Shown: positions 13,758 to 27,100, numbered from the stretch's first letter. The stretch is DNA of 64,000 bases from Cenococcum geophilum (GCA_050273025.1 CP158635.1:15500001-15564000); one strand, 5' to 3'. Program-made: numbers and translations. Notes: generated by a model from the letters alone, not told the origin.

Positions 13758-14369
13758 CAAACTTATTCCTTTACCTCTTTAGAGCTGCTTCACTAACTAG
13801 TCACAATATAAAGAATAGAATTATTAGCTCTCTTATTATTATATATCTAGTCTAGTTGCTTAAGTATACCTATTAGGACATCCATTATCCTATTTATAAC
13901 TCTTTAGCTTCCTATATAATATATATAATAACTAACATTCTAAGGCTTCTACTATAGATTACACTTATTTTTATATGCCTTACTATTTATATCTTATAAT
14001 TTTATTTACTTAGTTAGCAGCGCAAATCTTATATCTTATCTTACCACACACCTTTCATTCCGTTTCTTACTCTAAGTCTTATATTTCGTTCTACTGCCCA
14101 TATTAAAGCTTATATCTTATCCTACTTCTTACATTAAGACTCGTATTCTGTTCTATTTCTTATATTACTCTTATATTACTCTTATTAGAATCAGCTATTA
14201 TCTTAAGTTAACACTATTAACATACCTTCTCATTATAACTATTAGGATTATCTTATTAGATTATTACTAATTATCTAATATATTATCCGCTCCACTGTCT
14301 TTATAAGTTACTCTATACTATTCTATATAAAACTTTCACCCGCTTATAAATATATAGGGTCCTTAACTA

Positions 14370-17300
14370 TAATAGCAGCGCCATACCTAGACTCTAGTTG
14401 GTATTTAACTACTATAACTAATAAGAACTTATTATAAATAAGTGGTCTAAAGCTATAGTAAGGACTTGCGATTAACGAAAAAACATATAAAGAAATCCTC
14501 TAATACTATGCTAGCAAAATTAACGAAGCGTCTAGCGGTAGGTTGCTAGTATCCAGGCCTATACAAAATAGAGTTAAGCGTATAATCTTTAACCTTCTTA
14601 ATACTAAGTATAGGCACGTATTTAGGAGATCTAATCTACCATTAGAGTTTAAAGCTTTCGCTATCGCTGCTAAAAAATCTATATAGCGACACGTAATAAC
14701 TAATAGACGTAGAGGCGTAGAGGTTATAATAGCTAATATTATTTTAAAGTATAGCGGCTTATCTTCTAGAGAGCAGTCTGTTAACTTATCTAGATTAAGG
14801 GCAGCCTCTAAGGCTGCCTAGGTGCTTAGTAGTCTATCTATTAAAGTCCCACAACAGCTAAATACTACACCTATACTATTCTATGAAATGAGCTTTACTA
14901 TATATAGTTACCTAGACAAAACGCCATTAAATAGGGCCCCCATTCTATACTGATTTGCATTAAAAACTAAGTATAAGCATCTATTATCCAATTCTCCAGA
15001 GAAAGTTAATATATATTACTATAGATATAATAAGCTATAGGCCGCGATAAGTATAAACTTCTTGGCGGATAAATATAGGGATGGCTGGGCTATAGTAGAT
15101 CTAACCACCGGTATACTAATTCTTAACTATATAAACCTAGCATTTACAGTACTTTCTGCAAAGAAGGCTAGACTTAATATAATTATAATTAGAGTTAAAA
15201 ATCCTAATCGGATTATAAAGCGTAAGAGACTTTATAACTTATATAAAATTGTATAATATTATATAGAATTGTCTAACGTACGTTTATAGGTATAAAATTT
15301 AATAAAAGTACTTCTAAGTCCGACTCTAACCCTAATATTACACAACCGGTACTAACTAGGAGAAGAATAGGCATACCTGCCCTAGGTTGAAGTAGTTATA
15401 AGCAATCAATTTTAGAGTCCACGCTACCTATATCTAAGCAGTCAAATCCAAAGCCTATATTAACCCTAAAGTCCACGCTATCTATACCTAAGCAGTTAAA
15501 TCCAAAGCCCACATTAACCCTAAAGTCCACGCCACCTATACCTAAGCAGTTAAATCCAAAGCCTATATTAACCCCAAAGTCTACGCCACCTATACCTACT
15601 AGTGCATTATTAGCCGTATAACTGGCTATAATTAAAACTGCTCATAGCTAGACCCGTAGTAGTAAAGACCAGCCCCTACTAGATAAATTAAAGCTCTTAA
15701 AAGGCGTAGATCTAAATAAAGTATAAATATTTAAGATAATGCTATAGGATAAGATAAAAGGATAGTATAATAAATAGCTAAAGTCTAATCGCGAAATGTT
15801 TATTAATATATTATTTAAGGATATAAATAATAACCCTAACCTAATTTATATTAGGGAAATTAATCTTAACCGCATATAGGAGCGCCGCCACTTTAACGCC
15901 TTAATTAACCCTATTTCGACTAATAAGGAACTAGAAGATAAGCATAAGGATAGAATTAAGGAGGTTAATTAGGAAGTTAATTACCTAAAGGACGTATAAG
16001 AAGCATATATCAACCTAATATTATAGGTAAAGGCGCTACAGTTCCTCTTATTTCCGTTAACTATTCACAACACTCTTTAAGACGCAACCTTCTACTTATA
16101 CGGCATAAAAAAGGGTAAAGCTATATAGATATATTAGCTGCTTAGTATTACCTATACTCTTCGTAATTATACAGCCCTAGGTAGGACCTTTCTCGCGGAT
16201 ACGATGGGTTTAGGTAAGACACTTTAAATACTCTTAATCTAGTACACCAGCGTGTTAATAACTAAGATTAACCTTAACTAGCTTAATTGGATAAATTAAG
16301 AAGGTAGAGATAAAAGTCTCTACTTTACCCCTAATATAGATAAATACCCACAGCCGCCTAACGCCCAATACCCGAGTTAAATAGATAGCATGCTATAGTG
16401 CTATTATATTAAGGGAAGTATTACCAGAAAATTTCTTTACTGGCTAGTAGGACTAACTATATACATTACTAGATAGAATCTACTGCCCTAAGCGGTTAAA
16501 GACGTCAAATTATAGTTTAAAACCTCAGAACTAAATGATTATATTCCTAGAGGCAAACTATAAGTTCGCGTACGCCATTCGGCTTTTATTAGGTCTAGTA
16601 TAAAAAAGTACAATTTTACAGATAAAGATAAAGACATTCTTAAACCTATAAAATGCAAAAGAGAAGGTAAGAAGGTCTAGTGGAAAATAGACCTAAGATC
16701 GGCTTCGTATCATATAATTATAATATTATAAACTTAGGTAATAACCTAGACTGCTTAGGAATAGTATAAGACTATTTTTAATCTCTATAAAGACGGTAGT
16801 CCTCGTTATATCGTTAGTAAGATTCTTGCCGATAAGTTCTATATAGATAGGTTAGAGATAGGTTATCTAATAAAAATGGCCAAATAAGTATACAATAATT
16901 AAGTAGTATTTCCTCGCTTCTAACGCCCGGGCCTATCTTATAAGGACGGCAATAGTAAAATAGCCTACTATACCTCTCGACCTTTAGTAGTGTTTACTTC
17001 TAGTACACTAACTAGCGAAGGTTTTACAAGTCTAATTCCCGCCTTAGAAATTTTTAGGGCCCCCTAATTAGGCGGATTTCACAAATATAAAATTAATTAA
17101 TAATCGCAATATTAAAGCATTAATTAAATATAAAAAGCTAAGAGTAGCTAATTACTCTTCTCTTCCAAACAAGGTTATTACGGGCTTTAAAAAATGCTCC
17201 TCTTTAATTATAAAGATCTTAATTATATATAGGATAGGGAAAGACTAATGGTTTAATAGGAGGGTGATTAATAAGCTACTACTAGTCGTCTACTAAGACT

Positions 17301-18290
17301 GCTATATAACGAACGATTTAATATTCAAACTGTATATTAATAAGCTCTGGTATAGAGCATCCTTAAATTCTTTTAAATAGCTAAATAAAGCTTTTAAACA
17401 CTAGAAAGCTAAAGGAAGAAAAGAAGAAAAACCCGTCTTTAATATAGATTAATTTCTAAAGGGAGCCGGTTACTTATTAAAAATTTTTACTATCTTTCTA
17501 GGCCTGGCTAAGGTAGGAGATAAGTAGTAAGATGTGTAGTAGAAGGATAAGGTAAAAGTTAGAACAAAGCTAAAGTAGACAGTTAATAAGTTTCGCAGTA
17601 AAAAATAGGATAAACCTTTAGACAAGAATTTGCTTTAGAGGAATTAGAGTATAATTACTAACTCTAGAAAACTAAAGCTAATTATAAAATACGTTAATAA
17701 AGTACTTAAAAGGAATCCTAATAAGAGACTACTGTTTAGTAGTTATAAACTAGCAGCATATACGCTATTACGCCTTATAAGTTAGCTATTAGACTAATAG
17801 TAAACTGTTACTAATAATATAATATAGTATTTCTATAAAAGGCTTAGCCAGTCTAAATATTTAACTATTTACTAGATAGAGTTTAGGATATCCCTAAAGG
17901 ACTAAAAAGATATCTATAAAGCGTTTTATATTCTAATAGGCAGTCCTTACTAAAATAATATAGTCTAGTTTCTTATTATTAACCAAAGGGTTAGAGGAGA
18001 GGGTCTAAATTTAGTCTCTATATATAGAGTCCATCTGCTTAAACCGGCGACAACGGTAAATATAAAAGTATAAGTATTTGGCCGGGCTACTAGATCTAGA
18101 CAGTTAGCGCCAGCAGTTACTATATTAATAACGTATAGTATAGATAGGTGGAACCTAATTAATATAGTTATGTTAGCGAGGCGTACAATAACTAAAAGGA
18201 TAACAATTAATAAGTTCTATAAGGTGTTTAAAACCCAACCTACTTAGCAGGCTAATAATAATATAATGGAAATAGCGTAGCTAGTATAGT
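14370..18290 (+). pseudogene. SNF2-family (SF2) helicase/ATPase cargo gene, RIP-inactivated
   Basis: Motif I G.TFLADTMGLGKTL (~16180-16224), motif II ILAD(E)F(H) (~16822-16842), motif III FTS(G)T(P) (~16993), motif V GEGLNL (~17996) and motif VI QVFGRATRS(G)Q (~18071-18103). Introns near 15278-15360 and 17777-17828. It is uncertain whether 14370-15270 belongs to the same gene. Confidence 0.8.
15417..15600 (+). repeat. 54-bp (18-codon) tandem repeat, ~3.4 copies
   Basis: GTCCACG/GTCTACG at 15417, 15471, 15525 and 15579. Reads SPRH..(P)SSQIQSPHQPQ with RIP reverted. Confidence 0.85.
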
Positions 18291-18408
18291 CGGAGCAGTG
18301 ATCCCCTATAATAAGAGTGTGTCTTAGTATAATATATATATATATAGATAATATACCACTATTTAATATTGTGTAATATATTATCTTAGTTTTAACCACT
18401 ATATAAAA

Positions 18409-20710
18409 GTATAGGCCACCTTATATATGGTACTAATATTACCCCACCAAAATACTTATAACTTAAGAACTACTATAGTTATTTATATAAAATTTTAAAT
18501 ATAGCTTATTAAATAGTAATTTAAGCTTTTTATAAAAAAAATTAAAAAAAATTTAAAGCTATTTTATATATAGTTTTAAAATACTTATAGCTTAATAACT
18601 ATAATAGCTATTTATATAAAAATTTAAATATAGCCCACTAATTAATATATTAAACTTTTAATATAATTAAAATAAAATACTATAAAATATTTTATAAAGA
18701 GTTTAACTTATTAATTAGTAAGCTATATTGGTTTTTATATAAATAGCTATTATAATTATTAAGCTATATATTAGCGACTTAGTTAATTAAGGCACGAGTA
18801 TAAACAAAGGGACGCGTAAGCCTATACAATTAGTAGTCTATAAACGAGGATCTAAAGCTAGAGAAAGGAAAGGAAAGGGCGGCGCTATTTAACGTTATAT
18901 ATAATCCTCTAATTATATGACGGCAATTGTCTAAAACTATCTAAAACTGTCTAAAACTGTTTGCAATTGTTTACTACAATTTACTAATATCTACTAGTTT
19001 CCACCAGCGCCATAACACTATAAGTATTTTAAAACTATATTTTAATATAAAATATAAAATAAAACTATATATAAAATAACTTTAAAATAAAGAAATTTTA
19101 TTTTATAAAAAGCTTAAATTACTATTTAATAAGCTATATTAAATTTTTTATATAAATAACTATAGTAGTTCTTAAGTATAAGTATTTTAGTAGGTAATCT
19201 CTACGTAGCCGAAATAAGTGTCGGTTTGGGGCACGTGCGCACCCACCAAAATCATGCTTCACGATCATTGTTTACAACACCATAATACAGCCAAATCAAT
19301 TCAATATTGAGTTATCTGCCCGTCAGCCCTAATGCACTCATGCAGGCGCTTCGTATACCAGCTGTACATCTCTGCAATCTTCTCCTGATCCACTTAATTC
19401 TCCTAAACATCTATAAAACGCTCCAATGCTATATCCTCCTCTTCTACGCGCTTTAAATGGAACTTCTTCTTAACAGGATGGGCTAAGGACTCCATAATTA
19501 ATAGATCTGGTAATAAACCAGGCAATATTAGAAGCTTTAAGTCCCATTCCTTTGCCTAGGCTAAAGACTCCCTTAATTTATGCGCTGAATCTGCATCCTA
19601 ATATAAAGTAATTCCCTTAATATTAAACTTTAAAAGAAGCCATGGCAACACCTGCTCGGTGTAGGCTTTTAAGCTTATTTTGCCCACCTAGTTATCTACC
19701 TTATATAAGAAGAACTTCTTCTAGGTCCTGCCAATAACAATAAAGACATTAAATAGTTTAAGATACTTCTTCTCTCGGGCCTTCTCCTTTTTATCCTTTT
19801 TAGTAACTCCCTTCTTCCTATAAACATTCTGTGGCAAATAGCGGTAAAGATTACCACTCCTTCTCTTAATTCTATGGGTTTCTTCTGCACCTAAACCAAA
19901 GTGATATTTATTATAAAAAGCAACATCATTCCAGTCCTTGGGATGAGGTCTTTCTTTTAGCTATAAATAGTACCAATTCTTCCTTTTATCTGCCTGCTCT
20001 AGGTTAAGCCACTTCTCTTCCTCTATCTTTGCATTAATATATCCTTTATCCTCTTTTATAGCTCTTTAAATTGGCTTATTTCTAAGAGGTTAGCAACCTA
20101 TTCTCCGAGTTAGAACCATTAGAAGATCTTTGTAATTTAGGGCTTTTTAAACAATAGTCTGCCATGGGGCTAATTTTGAGTCTTAATTGAGATTAGGGTT
20201 GTCCAAATATATGGCAATAGCGTAGGTGTCTTCCTTTGTAAGGGCTCGATTTCTCCCTCTTATTTCTAGCCTAGAATTGTGTATAGTTTTATATTGCTTT
20301 AAGGCTACAATACGTTACTAAGAGCGCTCAGCAATTCCAGTAGCCTGCTGTATAATAGCTAGAGGAATAGCCTTGCCCAGTAATTAGCCAAAGATTTTGG
20401 CGTAGAGAACTCCTATGCGTGGAGGAGTCTTTGGATGCTTATTTTCCCTAACGTTATAGTATAATTCTAGGGGTGGGGTAAAGTATTTAGCCCGCATCTT
20501 TCGGGATACAGGCTCCTTAGTGACTCGGGTCATAATTGGTAATTGCACCGAACGAATTTGGGTGCGAAATGGTGGTGTCGTGAGGTTTGTTATGATTGAG
20601 GCATGCTTAGGGGCTTTGTTTGGGTAGGGCGTGCACGTGCCCCAAACCAACACTTATTTCGGCTACGTAGAGGTAATATAAGGTGGGACTATGCACAAGG
20701 TGGCCCATTC
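18409..20710. mobile_element. Foldback/MITE-like element with ~200-bp AT-rich inverted arms, right arm interrupted by Tc1
   Basis: 18437-18592 is the inverse of 19017-19198. The outer ends ATAGGCCACCTTATATAT (18411) and ATGCACAAGGTGGCCCAT (20691-20708) match after RIP. No clean TSD was found. Confidence 0.65.
19199..20672 (-). mobile_element. Tc1-family (DD34E) DNA transposon, 1474 bp, lightly RIPed
   Basis: ~45-bp TIRs CTCTACGTAGCCGAAATAAGTGT(C/T)GGTTTGGGGCACGTGC. Transposase starts at ATG ~20533, with AF.(D)(E)YHFG, (Q)DADSAH and PG.(S)PDL(S)IME. There are 34 residues between the second D and E. Confidence 0.9.
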
Positions 20711-20899
20711 TAAAAAGTTTGAATTTAGTCTGGATTAATATTACTTTAGCTACCAACTACTTCGACACCTATTAAGTAATCCAGCCTACTAACTTTCGTT
20801 CCTATATACATAAATAATTCCTATTAAGGTATATCCTCTCTACTAATAGATTATATATATATATTATCTTTATTATTCTAAAAGCCTAATCAATACGTA

Positions 20900-21937
20900 A
20901 GAGGATCCTCCCGTTAGTAATGGTTTTTAAAATCTTACTATCCTATATAAAAACTTTTCACTACTAATGATTACCAGCTCCCACCCGCATGCTATATAAT
21001 GTCTATATAAAATCCCTAACGGCGAAGAAAAGCGTACCCTAATTATTCTATTTAATCTACCTCCTACCTTTTTCTATAGGTATAAGATATCGAATTAACC
21101 TATAATATAATGCTAACTAGAATAATTGGTAAACCTAGCTCCGTCAGATAAATATGCTTAATAATAAGGACCGAAACCCCATTACTATTAAGCCTATTAT
21201 ACTTTAAAACGAAAGGGCTATTATTAATATTAGTACGTTTTAAACGCACTTTATTAGCTAGCACTAATAGATATAGGTTAATAGGCTACCTACTACTTCG
21301 TATTTAACGGTTCTAAAAATAATAGGGTAAAACATGCTATTATTTATTGTGCTCTTACCAATTATAATAATTAATTCATTATAGGCTAGAAACTTAGCCT
21401 TAGATAAGTAAAAGGCAGACTTTTAGGATATATTAGATATATTATAGACGAAACCTTTATATAGCCTACCCGTATTAAAATACCTTAATAGCAGTACTAT
21501 ACTATTGGATTTCGCTATTAGGCATTAGAGTAACTAAGCAACCTTAAGTCTTCCCCTTATTACCTAACCCTAAGCCTTATCACGTCGCTAAGACTCTTAT
21601 ATTATTAAGTTTCATTATATTACTAAGTATTATTACATTGCCACTAAGCCTTATTACGTCGCCAAGCCTTATTATATTATTAAGTCTTATTACATTACTA
21701 AGTCTTATTATATCGCCATTAAGCCTTATTATTTCACTAAGCCTTATTATATTGTTAAATCTCATTACGCTACCAAGTCTTATTGCATCGCCGTTAAGCC
21801 TTATTATATCACTAAGCCTTATTATATTATTAAGTCTTATTACGTTACCAAGTCTCATTGCATCGCCATTAAGCCTTATTACGTCATCAAGCCCTATTAC
21901 ATTACCGCCGAGCCTCCTAGCCAGATTAGGCAATTAG
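20900..21937 (+). pseudogene. RIP-degraded cargo ORF of unknown function ending in SPSLIT-like repeats
   Basis: Two plus-strand GT..CTAA(C/T)..AG introns (~21080-21120, ~21234-21270), coding-like sequence, then 18/21-bp repeats. Confidence 0.4.
21572..21915 (+). repeat. 18/21-bp tandem repeats (AAGCCTTATTACGTCGCC-like)
   Basis: About 17 units, directly visible. Confidence 0.9.
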
Positions 21938-23104
21938 ACGTTACGAGTGCGACTCCTAAGCATAGCGGGTTCGATTCCCACTTATCACGCATTAAAAATA
22001 TTAAAAAAGAAGGTCATTTCCTATTAAATTAGGCGTTAGTAAGGCTCCAAATTAAGCTTATATTTTCGTACATATCTTATAACGCCTAAAGTCATACATT
22101 TAATGAAATTTTAGCACTATATACTAAGCATATCGGCTCTTTTACGCCAAGTTTTAATTACGTTAGGCTAGCTCTAAATCAAAGCATAAGGTAAAACATA
22201 CTATACCACTACGCTATAAGGACTTTAGAATATAATCTTATAAATTTAACTAAATTATAACCCCTTTTTAAACCTTACAATCAAACCAGATCCTTAGGGA
22301 GAGATCCCTATATTAAATCTTAGGGAACGTTTGGTAGCGACTTTAGATTAAATCTAAAGGCCCTAGAATATATCCGATCTAAAGCTTAAATCTAATTCTA
22401 ACGTAATCGTTTAGTTAATCTAGCGACTTTCTAATCTAAAAGCTCCTCTAGATTAGCAAGCGCGTTAAATTTATAAGCTATACCATATATAGAATCTAAA
22501 CTAAGGTTTTAGCGTTAGTTTAAATTAGGAGCTTAAAGCTTATCTAAAGCCTTATAGAAGGATTAACTTAATTTTAGATTTTAGATTTTAGTAAGTAGTT
22601 AATCTACTATAGTCCAAAATCTTAATTATTAGAAATTTGGGGTGTCTTTGCCACCACAATAGCAAAGGCACCTTAAGTTTAATACCACGCTAAGCATTAC
22701 AACTTTCCTACAGTAACTAAGCAATTATAGAACTTACCATACCACTGCCCGTAAAGGCCCTTAGTTATAGTCTTATGAATTTAATTAAAATATAAACACC
22801 TTCCTAAATCTCACAATTAAATATTTTTACGTATAGCACTATGCCAAGATCACGATACAGATTGCTTAGATATAGCTTTACTACAATATAACGGCTCTAC
22901 GCTAATCGATTAATCTACGGCTCTAAAATCTAAATCTATAATACTAAAAATAAGCTCTAAGCTACTGATTTTATATTAGCAGAACGAAACTTAGTAAGAG
23001 ATTTAAGCAGTAAAATTACTACTAAGAGTTACTGCCCGGATCCTAGCCAATAAATACCTATAACTATAATCTTAGTAAATAGCAAAAAGTATATAGCAGT
23101 ACTA

Positions 23105-23420
23105 AGACAATAGTAGGACAATATAAAACAATAATAGGACAATATAATATAATGGTAGAATAATGGCAAAACAATATAATATAATAGTAGGATAATAATA
23201 GGACAATATAACACAATAGTAGGGTAATGATAGGATAATATAACACAATAGCAGGACAATGACAGGACAATATAACATAATAGTAGGACAATAATAGAAC
23301 AATATAGTATAATAGCAGGATAATAGTAGGATAATGTAATATAATAGCGGGACAATAGTAGGACAATATAGGATAATATAACATAATAGTAGGACAATAG
23401 CAGGATAATATAAGATAATA
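23105..23420 (+). repeat. Degenerate 10-21-bp tandem array (AGGACAATATAACACAATAGC-like)
   Basis: Directly visible. It accounts for the Y/C/L-rich minus-strand ORFs in the track. Confidence 0.9.
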
Positions 23421-23489
23421 TAAAAACGTAAAATATAAAATATAAAAAGAGGGAGCCCTAATACTTCCTCTTCTTCCTACCCCTACGGC

Positions 23490-24700
23490 CCTAGCGCCCA
23501 ATGTAGTGTAATATCGTCTATTCGTATAAGTGATAGTATTAAGACGGTTACTTTAAGTAATATGCCTAGATAACTAGTCTAGCGCATGGTTTATATAATA
23601 TGTAATAATAATAGGGGGATCTCCTATTATTATATTGCTAAGCAACGCCTTTAAAGCTATGTTTTTCTAGTGCTTAGAGGTTCTTAGATTATTATAAGAC
23701 GCTTTATAAGAACTCGTTTTAGCGCAGTAGCTTTAAGCCCCATAGTAGTTATATCTAGCTAGTCTTTAAGAATATAAATATTCTTAAATAAGGAAGCATC
23801 CTTAATAGCTATAATTGAGCTAAGATCCGTATAAGGCTTATTTATAACGTATTGTGGTGCTTTAATATTCTGTTAAACTTAAATAAGGTGTTCTAATAAC
23901 GGGAATCTATTAATAGTTAGATATCTTCTTATTTAGAAAATATCGCACACTTACAGCTCTCTTATTAGCTTTTATAATGCTAATATAGTGTAGCGACTAA
24001 CTTCGTAAAATTTAGTTCGTTCCTTAACTATTGTCTATAATACGGATAAGTTAATCTTAATCTCTTTAGGTCTTAAAGAATAAGTTAACCTTTAGAGGAT
24101 TCTGTTTTAATACGGCTAATAGTCTCGCCGCCGCTATTACGAGTATATATTTCGTTTAAAAAATATTAATCTTAGGAGTTAAAGCAACTAGAGACCTAGC
24201 AACTAATCTTTTTAACTAATCCTAACAGATCATCTTCCCTACTCTCTTAAGTAAGAACGCCACGCGGATTACTAGCCCTTAAGGTAAAAAATATTACTAA
24301 GCTAATATGGGCCTTATAGATATTAGGGGATAACTACTTTAGAATTATAGTATGCTTACCTATTTATATATACCAATTCCATTACTATATCCAGATTTTA
24401 GCAAACTAAAAGGGTCTGCTCTAATTTAACCCACTACTTCTCTTAACAGTTTAATTATATCTTCTTTTAAAAGATTATACTAAGAGCTTAGATACTCCTT
24501 TATTAAGCCAGACGGACCTAAGACTTGTTAACTTATAGTAGAATATCTCCGTTTTCGCTAATAATATTCTGGCCCTTATTAGGGATATTAAGTATTTTGG
24601 CGGAGGTTAGGACCTCTAATTATGCTAACTAGGCTTTACTAGTTAAGGGCTAACTAGGCGTTTTAAAGTATTAATAAATATAGTTACTAGTACATATTAA
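23490..24700 (-). pseudogene. sad-3: N-terminal fragment of SAD-3/Hrr1 (ZNFX1-like SF1 RNAi helicase), two introns, RIPed
   Basis: With RIP reverted: RVGKMIC(W)D(QS)KRLVA(G)SLVALTP (~24240-24175), AAAR(P)LAVLKQNP(P)KV(D)LFF, MV(E)ERT.FYE.SRYT.LAL(Q)KL.RE, FPLLEHL, Walker A KRL.II(QG)P(PG)T(G)KT (23704-23660) and ALKALL.N...GDPPIII....NHALD(Q)L (~23660-23570). GTAAG..AG introns at 24359-24313 and 23954-23907. Confidence 0.8.
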
Positions 24701-25072
24701 GCTACCTAGAAGGGATTTATATATATAGAACTATAGCGCTATAGCCTAGAGGCTGTATACGTAGTATTATACGTAGTATAATATAATAGAGATTAAAAAA
24801 AATTTATATATATATATATAAAAAGTATTAACAAATCTGGGTGCTAAATCGAGCTTATTAAGACAGAGGAGACGTAAAATAAATAGGAGGAGGCTTATAA
24901 GTCTAGGTAGTATAGTGGGTAAAAAAGCATTTATTAATACGCTTATTTATTTCTTATAAAATATTTAACTAATTATTTTATATATAACTAAATAATATAG
25001 TTACTATCTACACAATCCTGTATATCGGTCTTAGCACGTAATTAAGACGTCTTTCCTACTGTACCTCCCCTA

Positions 25073-25812
25073 ATGCTTTTAGAATTATAGCACTAATAAT
25101 AAACCTAAGCTATAACACCAAAGACACTCTTAAGCGAGATCTTAGGGTTATAAATAAACAATACAATACGATCTACTATAATATTAAAATTAAAATGTCG
25201 ATGTACAGGCTCCTTAGATAGCCACTACGCTCCCTTATAAGTAAGGTATAAATACGGCAAATATTAAACAAAATCTCTAATAAATTCCTATTTGTATTTT
25301 TAGGTTTACCTAAAAATTTATATACTAAATATATTAAACAACTTGCCTAGCGCTGTAGCTATAACGCGACGCGTTAAATAAATAAAACGGCTTCTATTAG
25401 GCAAATTATAACAGGTAACCCAGTACTCCCATACTCCGCTATTACGCATTATCTACTAGCCGGCATACTAAAGGCAATAAGGTAGGAGGGAACACTAAGG
25501 TTATATAGGATAATAATAATACTAATTCAGCGGGCAGCTAATAAAGAGCTAATAATTATCCTAACCCAAAAGCTAGCGACCGGTAAGAATAACGCCCTAA
25601 ATATACACGTTAATAATCTAAGCTTTAATATATTTATAGATATACTAGGCTAGGATATTAACTTTAACCCTAAGAGCGAAACACTTTACTACTACATTGG
25701 CAATAAAATAGCCAAAGGACGAATTCAGCTTATAAACGAAGAGAAATGGCGTAGTGCGGTTAAGGATATATTTCTACAAGAAATAGATAGGTTTTTATTT
25801 ATAATAGAATAA
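25073..25812 (+). pseudogene. RIP-degraded cargo ORF, unknown function
   Basis: Long coding-like frame ending ...GRIQLINEEKWRSAVKDIFLQEIDRFLFIIE*. The stops are RIP-type. Confidence 0.5.
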
Positions 25813-26399
25813 AGAAGAATAAGTAGGTTACTACTTAAAGTTAATTCAGCGTTACTAACTCGTATTTATAGTCTGCGCTGCTAGCCAAAAATAATATAAT
25901 TACTTACCCTCCATTTCCGCACCCTTACCTTTACTAGACAACTCGCACTCTATATATATAAAAATAGGTAGAATAGGTAAACGGGTCAATACTAAGGTAA
26001 TACTTAACCTATAGCCATCCCAAAAAACCTCTCCTAGTTAAAAAAGAGCCCTCACTCTACGCCTTAACCCGTAATAGAAAAGGCGAAGGTAACTATAACC
26101 GCAGTATAGATTATACGCCTTAAAGCCACTGCTTTATTTGGAATACTTACTAGTTTAATAGATTACCATATATAAAGGTAGACGGCTTAATATTAGAGCC
26201 CTTCGGCGTGCTATTAGGCGAGGGAGTCTTAGAATAATATATCCTAGGATATTCTTATAACTTATCTAGCATTCTTAAAACGCCTAAGGGGATTAGATAA
26301 TAAAGCCTAAGGTTTATACCTATTCTTTTTAGTAAACTTATTAGGGTAATATATGTTAACACTGTCCCTAGCTTACTCTTAGTATCCAACATCTAATTT

Positions 26400-27100
26400 T
26401 TATATCTATGCTTACGCTTTCCTTACTATTCTACTAAATTTAATTGCTGTTGCGATATATATATAGGGGATAAGTTAGGCTTACTATAGGCTAGCGGGGT
26501 TAACGACACGGAAGAATAACGTTAGATATTTGCGGTAGAAATACTAGGTGTTGCATAAGGGTGTGGAATATGGCGATATAACTATATAGAAGTGTTATTG
26601 CTGTCCTATATGCCGCCTATGCCTACCCTAGCATTATCTACACTGGTAAGCTATACGGATAAGGTAGATAAGCTTTGCTTTAAGTATAAGACAAGTATTA
26701 AACCTAGTATAGGTGGACCGGAATAAGGTATAGGATCTAAAAGCCGGCGCCCTAGGTAGGTAAAGTAGTTTAATAAGGTACCTCCCTATTAAATTTAGAC
26801 ACGAGCCTTACTAGCCTACTGCTTTTATTGCTAGGATTAACATTTAACTTTTCGTATACCTATACTATATCTGCTAAGGGATATGCTAATAGAATAAAAT
26901 AGTTTCGCGTATAATAGCAAATAGTATTAGACAATCTTTAACTATATAATAATATTTTCTTAACTACTAACTTAACGCGAGTTAATAGGTCGCGGTCGCG
27001 GCTTAACCGCAACCGGTTAGAACTAGCAGCTAATTATAACAAATACACCCCTATTTAAGTTATTTGCAAGCACTATAGTAATAATACTCCTATTAATACT
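26400..27100 (-). pseudogene. RIP-degraded cargo ORF, unknown function
   Basis: Coding-like frame SRDRDLLTRVKLVV.K...KDC.ILFAIIRETILFY... followed by a P/S/Q-rich tract. Confidence 0.4.

Noticed and set aside
21915..21990. Intact tRNA gene
   Set aside because: No acceptor or anticodon stem could be formed. Kept only as a low-interest finding.
23029..23501. Three overlapping Tyr/Cys/Leu-rich ORFs
   Set aside because: These are translations of a degenerate tandem array.
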